In this document: one piece after another, positions 10,043 to 20,531 of the stretch | Numbering within the stretch: position 1 is the first letter of the stretch | How the letters are laid out: each line of letters opens with the position of its first letter | From: Alphaproteobacteria bacterium | GTDB lineage: Bacteria; Pseudomonadota; Alphaproteobacteria; UBA8317 | Reading direction: 5' to 3' | NCBI GenBank assembly: GCA_038131935.1 | Contig: JAYPQH010000002.1 | Location: 1-52,386, forward strand | DNA length: 52,386 nucleotides | Notes under the pieces: model-generated | Database searches by the model: none | The model's input: only the letters and a program-made list of their open reading frames with translations | What the model was told of the DNA's origin: nothing | Made by a program: the position numbers and the translations under genes

Positions 10043-13000
10043 TTGTCTTTCGTACATCTTCGCGCGCATACGTCCTATTCTCTTTTAGAAGGTGCTCTCA
10101 CGCCACGTAAACTTGCGTCCGTTGCCTTTGAGCATGAAATGCCCGCAATCGCTGTCTGTGATACGCACAATCTTTTTGGTGTCATGGAAGTAGGGCAATG
10201 CTTATCTGAAAAGGGTATTCAACCTATACCTGGATGCTCTCTTCTCGTTGAATTTCCTGGGAGTGTATTAGGTGAAGTTGGGTTTATTGTACGCTCAGAG
10301 GTAGGCTACAAAAACCTTCTTGCTTTGATTTCAGATGCATATATGGGTGGGTCAGATCTAGACGGTGCAGTGGTTAAGTTAGATGCTTTACGCGGTCGTT
10401 GTGAAGGTTTATTCTTGCTGTCGGGTAATCATAAGGGAATTGCCCACAAACTAATGGCCATGAATAAGCTTGATTTGTTGCGTGAATACTTATCAGCGCT
10501 CTCATCAGTTGTTCCAGGTGGCTTTTTTATAGAATTGCAACGTGTTGATGCTCCTCATGAATTAAGGATAGAGCAAGAGCTCATTGCTTATGCATATGAT
10601 GCACAACTTCCGTTGGTAGCTACAAATGACATTTACTATGCAACCCCGTCATCACATGATGCTCATGATGCGCTGCGTTGCATCGCGCAGGGTGAATATC
10701 TTGAAGATGCATCTCGTGAAGTGTTAGCTCCTTGTCATTTTTTTCGATCCGCATCTGAAATGATGACATTATTTGCTGATCTACCCGAGGCATGTGAAAA
10801 CACGCTAGCAATTGCCCAATCATGTGGTTTTTTTCCAGGTCCAAGAGACCCTATATTGCCTCGCTTCGTTGATGGTGGTGTGGATGCAGAGAATGAGGAA
10901 TTGGAGCGTCAAGCTCTTGATGGTTTGCGTAGGCGGTTGGCAAAAAAAGATAGTGAAGTTGATGAAAAACTCTATGCAGATCGCTTGTTGTTCGAATTAA
11001 AAATTATTCAGGAAAAGGGTTTTGCTGGTTATTTCTTAATCGTTGCAGACTTCATCAAATGGGCTAAAGAACAAGCTATACCTGTAGGGCCAGGTCGTGG
11101 TTCTGGTGCAGGCTCTCTTGTGGCGTGGTCATTGACCATTACGGATCTTGATCCTCTTGAGTTCGGTCTGCTTTTTGAAAGGTTTTTAAATCCAGAGCGA
11201 CGCTCTATGCCTGATTTTGACGTGGATTTCTGTCAAGATCGTCGCGATGAAGTCATTCAGTATGTTCAAGAGCGCTATGGATCTGACCAAGTGGCTCAGA
11301 TTATTACCTTTGGAAAATTGCAAGCCAGGGCTGTATTGCGTGATGTGGGTAGGGTCATGGGTATGCCTTATGGACAAGTAGACCGTATTTGTAAGCTTGT
11401 TCCAAACAATCCAGCAAATCCGGTAACTTTGCAGCAAGCTCTAGATGAAGAAGAAGCTTTGCGGCTTGAAAGCCAAAAAGATGAACAAACACAAAGATTA
11501 TTTGATATATCTCTTCAGCTGGAAGGTCTCTATCGCCATGCATCCACGCATGCAGCTGGGGTTGTCATTGGTGACAGGCCTCTCAAAGAGCTAATTCCGC
11601 TATATCGAGATCCAAAATCGACCATGCCGGTTACACAATTTAATATGAATTGGGCAGAAACGGCAGGAATGGTTAAGTTTGATTTCTTAGGTTTAAAAAC
11701 CTTGACCGTTATTGCGACCGCCATAAAACTCATTGCGGAAAAAGGGATAAATATTGATATCCAAACTATTCCAATGGACGATAAAAAAACGTTTTCCATG
11801 TTGGGGTTAGGTCATTCTACGGGTGTCTTTCAATTGGAAAGCTCAGGGATGAGGGATGTACTGCGCAAAATGCAACCTGATTGTCTTGAGGATATCATTG
11901 CATTGGTATCGCTTTATAGACCTGGACCAATGGATAACATACCCCGTTACATCGAATGTAAATTGGGTCGTGCTGAACCAGATTATCTTCATCCTATTCT
12001 TAAGCCTATTCTAGAAGAAACCTATGGTGTGATTATTTATCAAGAGCAGGTCATGCAGATTGCGCAAGTCATGTCTGGTTATAGCCTTGGCGAAGCGGAT
12101 TTGTTGCGTCGTGCTATGGGTAAAAAGAAAAAGACGTCATGGCCAAAGAACATGAGAAGTTTGTTGCACGTGCTGTTGAGAGAGGTATTGATGCTCATCA
12201 AGCAGGCTTTATCTTCAATATGGTTGAAAAGTTCGCAGGCTATGGATTTAACAAATCACACGCTGCTGCTTATGCGTTGATTGCCTATCAAACAGCTTAT
12301 TTGAAAGCCAATTATCCACTTGAATTTTTGGCTGCTTTGATGACACTCGATTTGGGAAACACTGACAAATTAGCTATATTTTGTGATGATGTAAGACTGC
12401 TTGGTTTCGATATTCTGCCACCTCACGTAAATCATTCGTTACATGATTTTAGTACTGAAGACGGTAAGCTTCGTTATGCCATGGGAGCGGTGCGCAATGT
12501 AGGTTCGTCAGCGATCCGATGGTTTATAAATGAACGAAACAATCATGGACCGTTTAAGGATTTTGACGACCTTGTATCTCGATTGCACCCTGAATCGGTA
12601 AATAAGCGCGCATTCGAGTATCTTGCACGTGCAGGTGCGTTTTCAGATTTGGGCGTTGATCAAGCAACTATTTTAGGATCCATCGATCTCATTTTTTCTG
12701 AAGCTAACCGTATTCGTACTGATGAGTTGGTTCAGCAAGCAAATATGTTTGCTGATGCTGGTAGTCATAAATTGGTGTTACGTCGCCCCAGCCGACAATT
12801 AACAGATTTTGAGCGTTTAGAGCACGAGCATCAGTCTTTGGGTTTCTTTTTATCCGGACACCCATTGGATGCGTACCGCGAGCAGTTAGATCAAGAGCAA
12901 GTAGGGTATTACAAGCAACTCGTCGCTGATGCGGAAAGCGCGCCATCAAAAGGTCTTGTGGCAGGTTTGGTGGTGTCGGTGCAGGAGCGTAAAGGGCAGG

Positions 13001-13419
13001 TAAATAGGTTTGGTATTGTTAAATTTTCTGACAAAAGTGGTTCATTTGAAGTCCCATTTTTTTCTGATGTATGGACGCAATCCAAAGATAAATTTATTCC
13101 TGGTGAAGTTCTTGTCTTGTTCTTGCAGGTCGAATGGGTTGATGGCCAGCCAAAAGTACGTGCAGAATCTGTGCGTCCCTTGGAACGCTCTAAGGCTCAT
13201 GCATTAAGCAGGGTTGAATTGTTGATTGATGATCCCTCAGCGCTGAGGGATTTACGCCAGGTTTTGCAGCCAGGTGGCTGTGAGGTGTTTATAAGGCATC
13301 GGTGCGGTGAAATGGGATGTGAGACACTCTTTCAGTTACCCGCTCGTTACAATATCAATATTCCTACCCGGCACGCAATTCTTGCCATACATGGAATTGG
13401 AGATTTACGTCCTTATTGA
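10043..13419 (+). CDS. dnaE: DNA polymerase III alpha subunit (frameshift at 12121-12136)
   Basis: PHP motif HLRAHTSYSLLEG, plus GPGRGSGAGS, MPDFDVDF and FAGYGFNKSHAAAY. One missing A in 'aaaaagaaaaagac' joins ORFs 10043..12280 and 12139..13419. Confidence 0.96.
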
Positions 13420-13473
13420 CGTTAAAGGGTGATCCACCTTGTGTTCTCATTGGAAATAGCCTAAACACGCCAA

Positions 13474-13555
13474 CATTCCGCACGCAGGCTTTGGCTTTGG
13501 CCCTCCGGTCTTTTGTATCATAACAGAAGTAGGTCTGCGGTGGTTCAACCGGTAA
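13474..13555 (+). ncRNA. rpsB 5' leader (t44 / S2 autoregulatory-type structured RNA)
   Basis: CCGC-A-CGCAGGCTT (13478-13491) pairs with AGGTCTGCGGTGG (13531-13543), and CCGGT (13505-13509) pairs with ACCGG (13548-13552). A candidate promoter TTGTGT-N17-TAAACA lies at 13439-13467. Confidence 0.68.
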
Positions 13556-13570
13556 ATAAGGATTTATGAG

Positions 13571-14407
13571 ATGGCTTTACCAGAATTTTCGATGCGTCAG
13601 CTTCTTGAGGCTGGCGTGCACTTTGGGCACCAGAAACATCGCTGGAACCCTTTGATGTCACCATACATTTATGGTGATAGGAACAATATTCATATTCTTG
13701 ACTTAACCCAGACGGTGCCCATGCTGCATGAAGCGCTTACAGTTGTGCGTGATACTGTTGCTGGTGGTGGTCGTGTGTTGTTCGTTGGTACGAAAAGACA
13801 AGCATCTGAGCCAATTGCTGAGGCTGCACGTGCGTCTGCTCAATATTACATCAATCACCGTTGGTTGGGCGGTACACTTACCAATTGGAAGACCATTTCC
13901 AACTCGATACAAAGATTGCGCCAGTTGTCAGAGCAATTGGCCGAAGGTGCAAAAGGTCTTACAAAAAAAGAGCGTTTGAAGCTTGACAGAGAGTTAGGCA
14001 AATTAGAGCTGTCACTCGGTGGTATCAAGGATATGGGAGGTGTTCCTGACATTGTTATTGTCATTGACACCAACAAAGAGGCTCTCGCCCTGCAGGAAGC
14101 CAAGAAGTTGCGCATTCCTATTGTTGCCGTGGTGGACACCAATTGTGATCCAAGTTTGGTGGACTATGCGATACCAGGAAATGATGACGCGTCACGTGCC
14201 ATTGCTCTTTATTGTGACTTGTTCGCTCGTGCAATTTTAGACGGATTAGAGCAAGCCAACATTCAGGCTGGAGTTGACTTAGGTGCTATGGATGAGCCTG
14301 ATGTTTCTTTGCCAGAGCTAGAAGCTGTTGAAGGCGGAGAGTCTTCACTTGAGGTTTCTGATGCCGCAGAAGAAAACGGGTCAGACGAATCGGAGCAAAA
14401 AGTTTAA
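13571..14407 (+). CDS. rpsB: 30S ribosomal protein S2
   Basis: Motifs [19 protein letters not shown] and IPGNDDA. Confidence 0.98.
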   Translation: MALPEFSMRQLLEAGVHFGHQKHRWNPLMSPYIYGDRNNIHILDLTQTVPMLHEALTVVRDTVAGGGRVLFVGTKRQASEPIAEAARASAQYYINHRWLGGTLTNWKTISNSIQRLRQLSEQLAEGAKGLTKKERLKLDRELGKLELSLGGIKDMGGVPDIVIVIDTNKEALALQEAKKLRIPIVAVVDTNCDPSLVDYAIPGNDDASRAIALYCDLFARAILDGLEQANIQAGVDLGAMDEPDVSLPELEAVEGGESSLEVSDAAEENGSDESEQKV

Positions 14408-14453
14408 AACACCGATAAGTTTTTAAACAAAATTCGATGGTTGTTTGTTGCGC

Positions 14454-14484
14454 AGGCGGTGTGTTTTGTTTTAACGCACCGTCT
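14454..14484 (+). terminator. rpsB-tsf intergenic hairpin (weak terminator/attenuator or processing stem)
   Basis: AGGCGGTGTGTT / AACGCACCGTCT form a 12-bp stem with 2 G-U pairs and a 7-nt loop; the downstream T tract is poor. Confidence 0.5.
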
Positions 14485-14523
14485 ATGTTGATTATATTTT
14501 AACTAGAGAGAATAGGTGGTGTC

Positions 14524-15453
14524 ATGGCCCAAATTACAGCGGCGCTTGTCAAGGAATTGCGTGAAGCAACCGGCGCAGGCATGATGGATTGCAAAACAGC
14601 ATTAAAAGAAACTGATGGTGAAATGGAGGCCGCGGTTGATTGGCTTAGAGCTAAGGGTTTGTCCAAAGCTGCTAAAAAGGCAGATCGCGCAGCTGCAGAA
14701 GGGTTGTTGGCAGTAGCATCAGTACAGGGACGTGCGGTTGTTGTTGAGGTGAATTCAGAAACTGATTTTGTTGCCCGAAACGAAGATTTTCAAAAATTGG
14801 TTGGGCAAATTTGTTCAGTGGCTCTCAGCAATGGTGGTGATCGCGACTCAGTCGGTGGGGCTACCTACCCTGGGTCAGACAAAACAGTCGATGATGTTGT
14901 CAAAGAACATGTTGGATCCATTGGTGAAAATTTAATGTTCCGTCGCATGGCTGTTCTTGATGAAGAAAATGCAGTTTTCGGTACGTATGTGCACAATGCC
15001 GTGGTCGCAGATATGGGTAAAATCGGTGTTCTGGTTGCATTGGACTATAATGGTGACAAGACAGAAGAAGTTGCGACATTAGCGCGTCAGGTAGCGATGC
15101 ATGTTGCGGCGACTTCACCTGTTTGCGTGAACCCAGATGAGGTTCCTGAGGACATGATTGCTAGAGAGCGTGAGGTCCTAACAGAACAAGCTCGGAATTC
15201 TGGTAAGCCCGATAACGTCATTGAAAAAATGATTGAAGGACGGATCCGGAAATATTATGAGGAAATCTGCTTGGCAAAGCAGACGTTCGTTATTGATGGT
15301 GAAAATAGCGTTGAGAAAGCCTTAAACTTAGCTGGCAAGGACCTTGGGTCACCGGTGAAATTGAAATCGTTTGTTCGCTTTGCTCTTGGTGAAGGTGTTG
15401 AGCGTGAAGAATCCGACTTTGCCGCAGAAGTGGCGGCAACAGCCAGATCCTGA
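14524..15453 (+). CDS. tsf: Elongation factor Ts
   Basis: Motifs VKELREATGAGMMDCK and EVNSETDFVARN. Confidence 0.98.
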   Translation: MAQITAALVKELREATGAGMMDCKTALKETDGEMEAAVDWLRAKGLSKAAKKADRAAAEGLLAVASVQGRAVVVEVNSETDFVARNEDFQKLVGQICSVALSNGGDRDSVGGATYPGSDKTVDDVVKEHVGSIGENLMFRRMAVLDEENAVFGTYVHNAVVADMGKIGVLVALDYNGDKTEEVATLARQVAMHVAATSPVCVNPDEVPEDMIAREREVLTEQARNSGKPDNVIEKMIEGRIRKYYEEICLAKQTFVIDGENSVEKALNLAGKDLGSPVKLKSFVRFALGEGVEREESDFAAEVAATARS

Positions 15454-15474
15454 TTAGATATAGAGGAGAACGTC

Positions 15475-16194
15475 ATGGTGGTACCAACCTACAAGCGCGT
15501 ACTTCTCAAAATATCAGGGGAGGCGCTCATGGGTTCTGGCCAATACGGCCTCGATATGGATACCGTGAGCCGCATCGCTGAAGATGTACAACAGGTGAAC
15601 AAGCTCGGTTGTGAAGTTTGCTTGGTAATTGGTGGTGGAAATATATTTCGCGGTTTGTCATCTGCTGCAAAAGGTATGGAGCGTGCAAGTGCGGACTATA
15701 TGGGGATGTTGGCCACGGTCATGAATGCCTTGGCAATGCAGAATGCCTTGGAGACAATAGGTGTCGATACAAGGGTTCTTTCCGCTATTCCCATGACCAC
15801 GATATGCGAGCCCTATGTCCGTCGGCGAGCCATAAGGCATATGGAAAAGGGCCGTGTCGTGATTTTTGCGGCGGGAACCGGTAATCCTTTTTTTACAACA
15901 GATACAGCAGCTGCTCTGCGCGCCATTGAGATGGGGTGTGATGCACTATTAAAGGGCACTCAGGTCGACGGTGTCTATGATTCTGATCCAAAGATGAACC
16001 CTAACGCTATACGTTTTGATACACTAAGTTATATGGATGTATTGTCTAAAGATCTTCGGGTTATGGATACCTCCGCAATTTCATTGGCCAGGGATAATGA
16101 CTTACCAATTTTGGTATTTAATATTCACGAGCAAGGTGGGTTTACGCGTGTCTTGTCCGGTGATGGGCATGCCACTGTTATAGGAGATGATTAA
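15475..16194 (+). CDS. pyrH: UMP kinase
   Basis: Motifs [19 protein letters not shown] and [10 protein letters not shown]. Confidence 0.98.
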   Translation: MVVPTYKRVLLKISGEALMGSGQYGLDMDTVSRIAEDVQQVNKLGCEVCLVIGGGNIFRGLSSAAKGMERASADYMGMLATVMNALAMQNALETIGVDTRVLSAIPMTTICEPYVRRRAIRHMEKGRVVIFAAGTGNPFFTTDTAAALRAIEMGCDALLKGTQVDGVYDSDPKMNPNAIRFDTLSYMDVLSKDLRVMDTSAISLARDNDLPILVFNIHEQGGFTRVLSGDGHATVIGDD

Positions 16195-16195
16195 G

Positions 16196-16753
16196 ATGAG
16201 CGATTTTGATCTAAACGACATCGAACGTCGTATGGAAGGGGCAATTTCAACATTAACAGGTGAATTTGCAAGCCTCCGCACCGGTCGTGCTTCCGTTGGT
16301 ATTTTAGATCCTGTCATGGTTGAGGCTTATGGTTCATCTATGCCCCTTAATCAGGTTGGGACGGTTTCAGTCCCAGAGTCGCGAATGCTCGCGGTATCTG
16401 TGTGGGATAAGTCCATGGTGGCTGCCGTGGACAAAGCGATTCGCAATTCTGGTCTTGGACTGAACCCGGCGGTTGATGGTACTTTGATAAGAATTCCACT
16501 TCCTGATTTGAATGAAGAAAGACGCAGAGAATTAAGTAAAGTTGCGGCAAAATATGCAGAGCAAACGCGTGTGGCTATCAGGAATGTTCGTCGAGACGGC
16601 ATGGATAAATTGAAAAAGATGGAAAAAGATAGTGAAATATCTCAAGATGAGCATAAAGCTTATGGCGATGACATCCAAGCTGTTACCGATAAGTTGATTA
16701 AACTTGTGGATAGCATGCTTGCGAATAAAGAAAAGGAAATCATGCAGGTATAA
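16196..16753 (+). CDS. frr: Ribosome recycling factor
   Basis: Motifs LRTGRAS, LGLNP and [10 protein letters not shown]; AGGAG lies 9 nt before ATG 16196. Confidence 0.97.
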   Translation: MSDFDLNDIERRMEGAISTLTGEFASLRTGRASVGILDPVMVEAYGSSMPLNQVGTVSVPESRMLAVSVWDKSMVAAVDKAIRNSGLGLNPAVDGTLIRIPLPDLNEERRRELSKVAAKYAEQTRVAIRNVRRDGMDKLKKMEKDSEISQDEHKAYGDDIQAVTDKLIKLVDSMLANKEKEIMQV

Positions 16754-16757
16754 TTTG

Positions 16758-17487
16758 ATGCCCACACAAAATACTGTTCCGAAGCATGTTGGTATTATAA
16801 TGGATGGGAATGGTCGATGGGCAACTGCCCGTGGATTGCCCCGTTCAGTTGGTCATTGGCGTGGTGCAGATGCTGTTGAAGAGGCAATTTCTGCAGCAGA
16901 AGAAGTCGGCATCAAATATATAACAATTTACGCATTTTCATCAGAAAATTGGCGTAGGCCAGCAGCCGAAATCAGTACCGTTTTCGGTCTGTTAGATCAC
17001 TACATAAAAACCAAAGCCAAAACGTTGGTGGACCGAGGTATTCGGGTTCGATTTATGGGTGAGCGTCATCGAATTGATGGCCACTTGATCAAACAAATGG
17101 ACTGGTTGACCGAGGCATCACGGCATAATGACAAGCTTCATCTTAATATTGCGGTAGATTATGGTGGTCGGAGAGAGATTGTATCAGCAGCGCGCAAGAT
17201 AGCGGCGCTTGTCATGGCAGGGGATATACAACTGACTGACATAGATGAAGATTTGATTTCTGCTAACCGATACCAACCAGACGTGCCCGATCCAGAATTA
17301 ATTATTAGGACCTCTGGAGAAATGCGGTTGTCAAATTTTATGCTTTGGCAATCAGCGTACGCAGAATTTATCTCTATCTGTATTGTGGCCAGACTTCAAA
17401 AAGCATCATTTCCATGACGCGATTAATCAATTTATGAACCGCGAACGTCGTTTTGGTGGCGTTGGTAACATGGCGTTATCAGGTTAA
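16758..17487 (+). CDS. uppS: Undecaprenyl diphosphate synthase (frameshift near 17375)
   Basis: Motifs HVGIIMDGNGRWA, YAFSSENWRRP and IRTSGEMRLSNFMLWQ. The alternate frame supplies LWPDF...RERRFGG, ending at TAA 17485-17487. Confidence 0.93.
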
Positions 17488-17488
17488 G

Positions 17489-18268
17489 GTGGAAGCGCTC
17501 CTTAGAAAAGAGGTTGCACTTAGGGTCCTCTCAGCTGTTGTCATGATCCCTTTAGCTTTATCCTCCTTTTATATGGGGGGGGTGGTTTTTCAATGTGTGG
17601 TCCTTGCATTAGCCTGTGTTATGGCTTTGGAATGGTCCTCCGTTGCATCCATTCAGCAACAACGTCCGGTGAGTCCACTTGTATTTTCAGTGACGTTAAT
17701 TTTAGCATTATATTCATCTCAATGGGATGTTGGTATTCTATCATGGCCCTTCATTCTTGGGTTTTTATTGATATCTTCACCACCTAATCGTCGTTTCGTT
17801 ATGCTGATGGGGTTCTGTTATATTACGGTACCAGCAATGGGCTTGATAAGTATTCGTAATGTTGAAGGTGAAGGCTTTTTATTACTGGTAAACTTTTTTT
17901 TAATTGTTTGGGCGACAGATATTGGAGCCTATGTGGGAGGAAAATGCATCGGCGGTCCGCGTTTGTGGGTGCGGGTATCGCCTCATAAAACAAAATCTGG
18001 TGCCTTAAGTGGTGTGATTTCAGCTATGATCATTTCGGGGATTATGTATTCTGTTGGTTATGGTTTCTGGACTTTATTAGTATGGTCGCCAATGATTGCA
18101 ATCGCAGCGATTTGCGGAGATTTGCTTGAGAGTTTCTTTAAGCGTTTTTATGGTCAGAAAGATGCATCTACATTTATCCCTGGCCATGGTGGGGTATTGG
18201 ATCGGGTTGATGGTGTTGTATTGGCAGCGCCCTTGATGTGGTTGTTGGTCAAAATAGGAGCCTTATGA
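17489..18268 (+). CDS. cdsA: Phosphatidate cytidylyltransferase
   Basis: Motifs VWATDIGAY, VSPHKT and GDLLESFFKR...KDAS..IPGHGGVLDRVDG. Confidence 0.94.
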   Translation: MEALLRKEVALRVLSAVVMIPLALSSFYMGGVVFQCVVLALACVMALEWSSVASIQQQRPVSPLVFSVTLILALYSSQWDVGILSWPFILGFLLISSPPNRRFVMLMGFCYITVPAMGLISIRNVEGEGFLLLVNFFLIVWATDIGAYVGGKCIGGPRLWVRVSPHKTKSGALSGVISAMIISGIMYSVGYGFWTLLVWSPMIAIAAICGDLLESFFKRFYGQKDASTFIPGHGGVLDRVDGVVLAAPLMWLLVKIGAL

Positions 18269-19435
18269 TGAAACGTGTTGCGGTATTTGGTTCCACAGGT
18301 TCCATAGGGCTTTCGACACTAGCAGTTTTGCGTGAAAACCCTTCTTTGTTTGATGTAACGGTACTTACAGGATGGGAGAATCAACACGAGTTGGGATTGC
18401 AGATCAAAGAATTTTCACCTCAGCTCGCCGTTCTTGCCTCAAAGCCTTCACCAGAACTCGAGCTTCTGGCTCAACATGCTGGTACGAAACTGGAGTGGGG
18501 GCGAGACGCTCTCGTCGCTGCCACACAGGGGCCATATGATGTTGCCATGTTGGCATTGGTAGGGGCTGCAGGGTTGGAACTCGCCCTTGAAATTGCCCAA
18601 AAGCCAGTTCGTTTATGCCTTGCGAATAAAGAGAGTATTGTTTGTGGAGGTGCTTTGCTTGCGCAATATGCTCAACAATCAGGCTGTGTGATTATGCCTG
18701 TTGATAGTGAGCATAATGCGTTGTTTCAATTGTTGGAGGGGCATCGCTTAGAAGATGTGCGCAAACTTTGGATCACGGCCTCCGGCGGTCCATTTCGTGA
18801 GCGTCCCTTGGATAGCTTTTCCTCTATAACACCACAGGAAGCTGTTGCGCATCCTAATTGGAGCATGGGGGCTAAAATATCTGTCGATTCGGCTACCATG
18901 ATGAATAAAGGGTTGGAATTGATTGAAGCGGGGTTCTTTTTCCCATTGCCAGACGAAAAACTGGGCGCTGTCATCCATCCTCAATCGCTGGTACATGGAT
19001 TGGTGCAATTTCATGATGGAAGTTGTTTGGCACATATGTCGGAAACGGATATGCAAGTGCCTATAAGGCGGTCGTTAATCGATGAACAGCGACTGTTCGG
19101 AGGGGAGGATATCCTTCCGTTATTGTTGGGAAAATCACTTGAATTTGATACAATTTCTGAGGATCGCTATCCTTGTTTTTACCTAGCTCGCCAAGCCATG
19201 AAAGAGGGGACAATAGCCACGAAATATACTGAATGCTGCAAATGAAGTTGCTGTTGCAGCATTTTTAGAATCTAGGATTCCGTTCACGGCAATCTCAGAA
19301 ATTGTAGAAGAAGTTCTTAACCTTGGCAATTTTGCCTCGGAATTAGGTCAGGAGCCCTCGTGTTTAGAGCAACTGCATGTTATGGATGATTTGGCGCGAA
19401 AAGAAGCTGATTTGATAATGAAAAAAAGGTATTAA
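18265..19435 (+). CDS. dxr: 1-deoxy-D-xylulose 5-phosphate reductoisomerase (frameshift near 19220)
   Basis: Motifs GSTGSIG, LANKES, PVDSEH and KISVDSATMMNKGLE. The alternate frame gives LNAANEVAVAAFL, ending at TAA 19433-19435. Confidence 0.94.
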
Positions 19436-19438
19436 TCT

Positions 19439-20531
19439 ATGGATTTCCTTGGTGTTATTCTCCCGTTTCTTTTGGTTCTCACCGTGGTTGTTTTTATTCA
19501 TGAGTTAGGACATTACTTGGTTGGCCGATGGTGTGGTATCCATGCGGAGGCATTTTCCATAGGATTCGGTCCTGAGATTTTTGGTTTTGTTGATGGCCGG
19601 GGCACAAGATGGCGCCTTGCTCTTCTACCACTTGGTGGCTACGTAAAATTTGTTGGAGATCGTGACCCCTCTAGTGCAAGACCGGGTATGGAAGATATTG
19701 CTGGGTCTTTTCAGTCGGCTTCTTTACCTTCTCGTGCCGCGACTGTTGCAGCAGGTCCTGTTGCAAACTTTATTTTGTCGATTGTTATCTTTGCATCTAT
19801 GGCTTTTATCTTTGGAGAGATGCGACAGATCCCACGTGTAGATGGTGTTGTAGATGGTTCACCTGCGGCAGTTGCAGGCTTTCGTGAAGGTGACGTTATT
19901 GTTGACATCGATGGCTATGAGATAGACAGCTTTGCAGATGTCAGCCGACGTGTTGTCGCCTCAGCTGGAGCTCCGATGATTGTTGTTGTGGAGCGTGGTG
20001 GACTCGAACTTTCTTTACAGGTTCAACCTAGATTGGTTGAAGTGGGGGAGGGTGCGACCCGAGGCAAAAGCTATCAGATAGGGATACAGCATAAACCAGG
20101 CGCAAATGGTGAAGCTGTTGAGGCTGTTTCATTGTCTATTCCAGAAGCGCTTATGCATGGCGTGGGACAAACCTGGTTCATCATTACCTCAACGATAGAC
20201 TACATTTCAGGGGTTATTTCTGGTCGAAAGTGGTGATCAAATTTATGGTCCTGTTAGAATTGCGCAAATTTCTGGCCAAGTTGCAGATATGGGTCTTCTC
20301 CCTCTCATTAACTTAATTGCTTTGTTATCTACCTCTATTGGTTTGATAAATTTATTCCCCATGCCCATTTTAGATGGTGGGCATCTTTTGTATTATGGGA
20401 TTGAAGCTATAACTGGAAAGCCAGTTTCAGAGCGTGTGCAGGAAATTGGTGCGAAGTTAGGTATTGGCTTTGTTCTCTTTCTGATGGTCTATTCAACATG
20501 GAATGATTTGACTCATCTTGGTTTGTTCTGA
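19439..20531 (+). CDS. rseP: RIP intramembrane metalloprotease with PDZ domain (frameshift near 20228)
   Basis: Motifs HELGH, LGGYVKF, AGPVAN, and NLFPMPILDGGH in the downstream fragment. Confidence 0.93.

Noticed and set aside
10043-13419. Split dnaE as a split-intein system
   Set aside because: No intein motifs or extra sequence; the halves join seamlessly with one added base.
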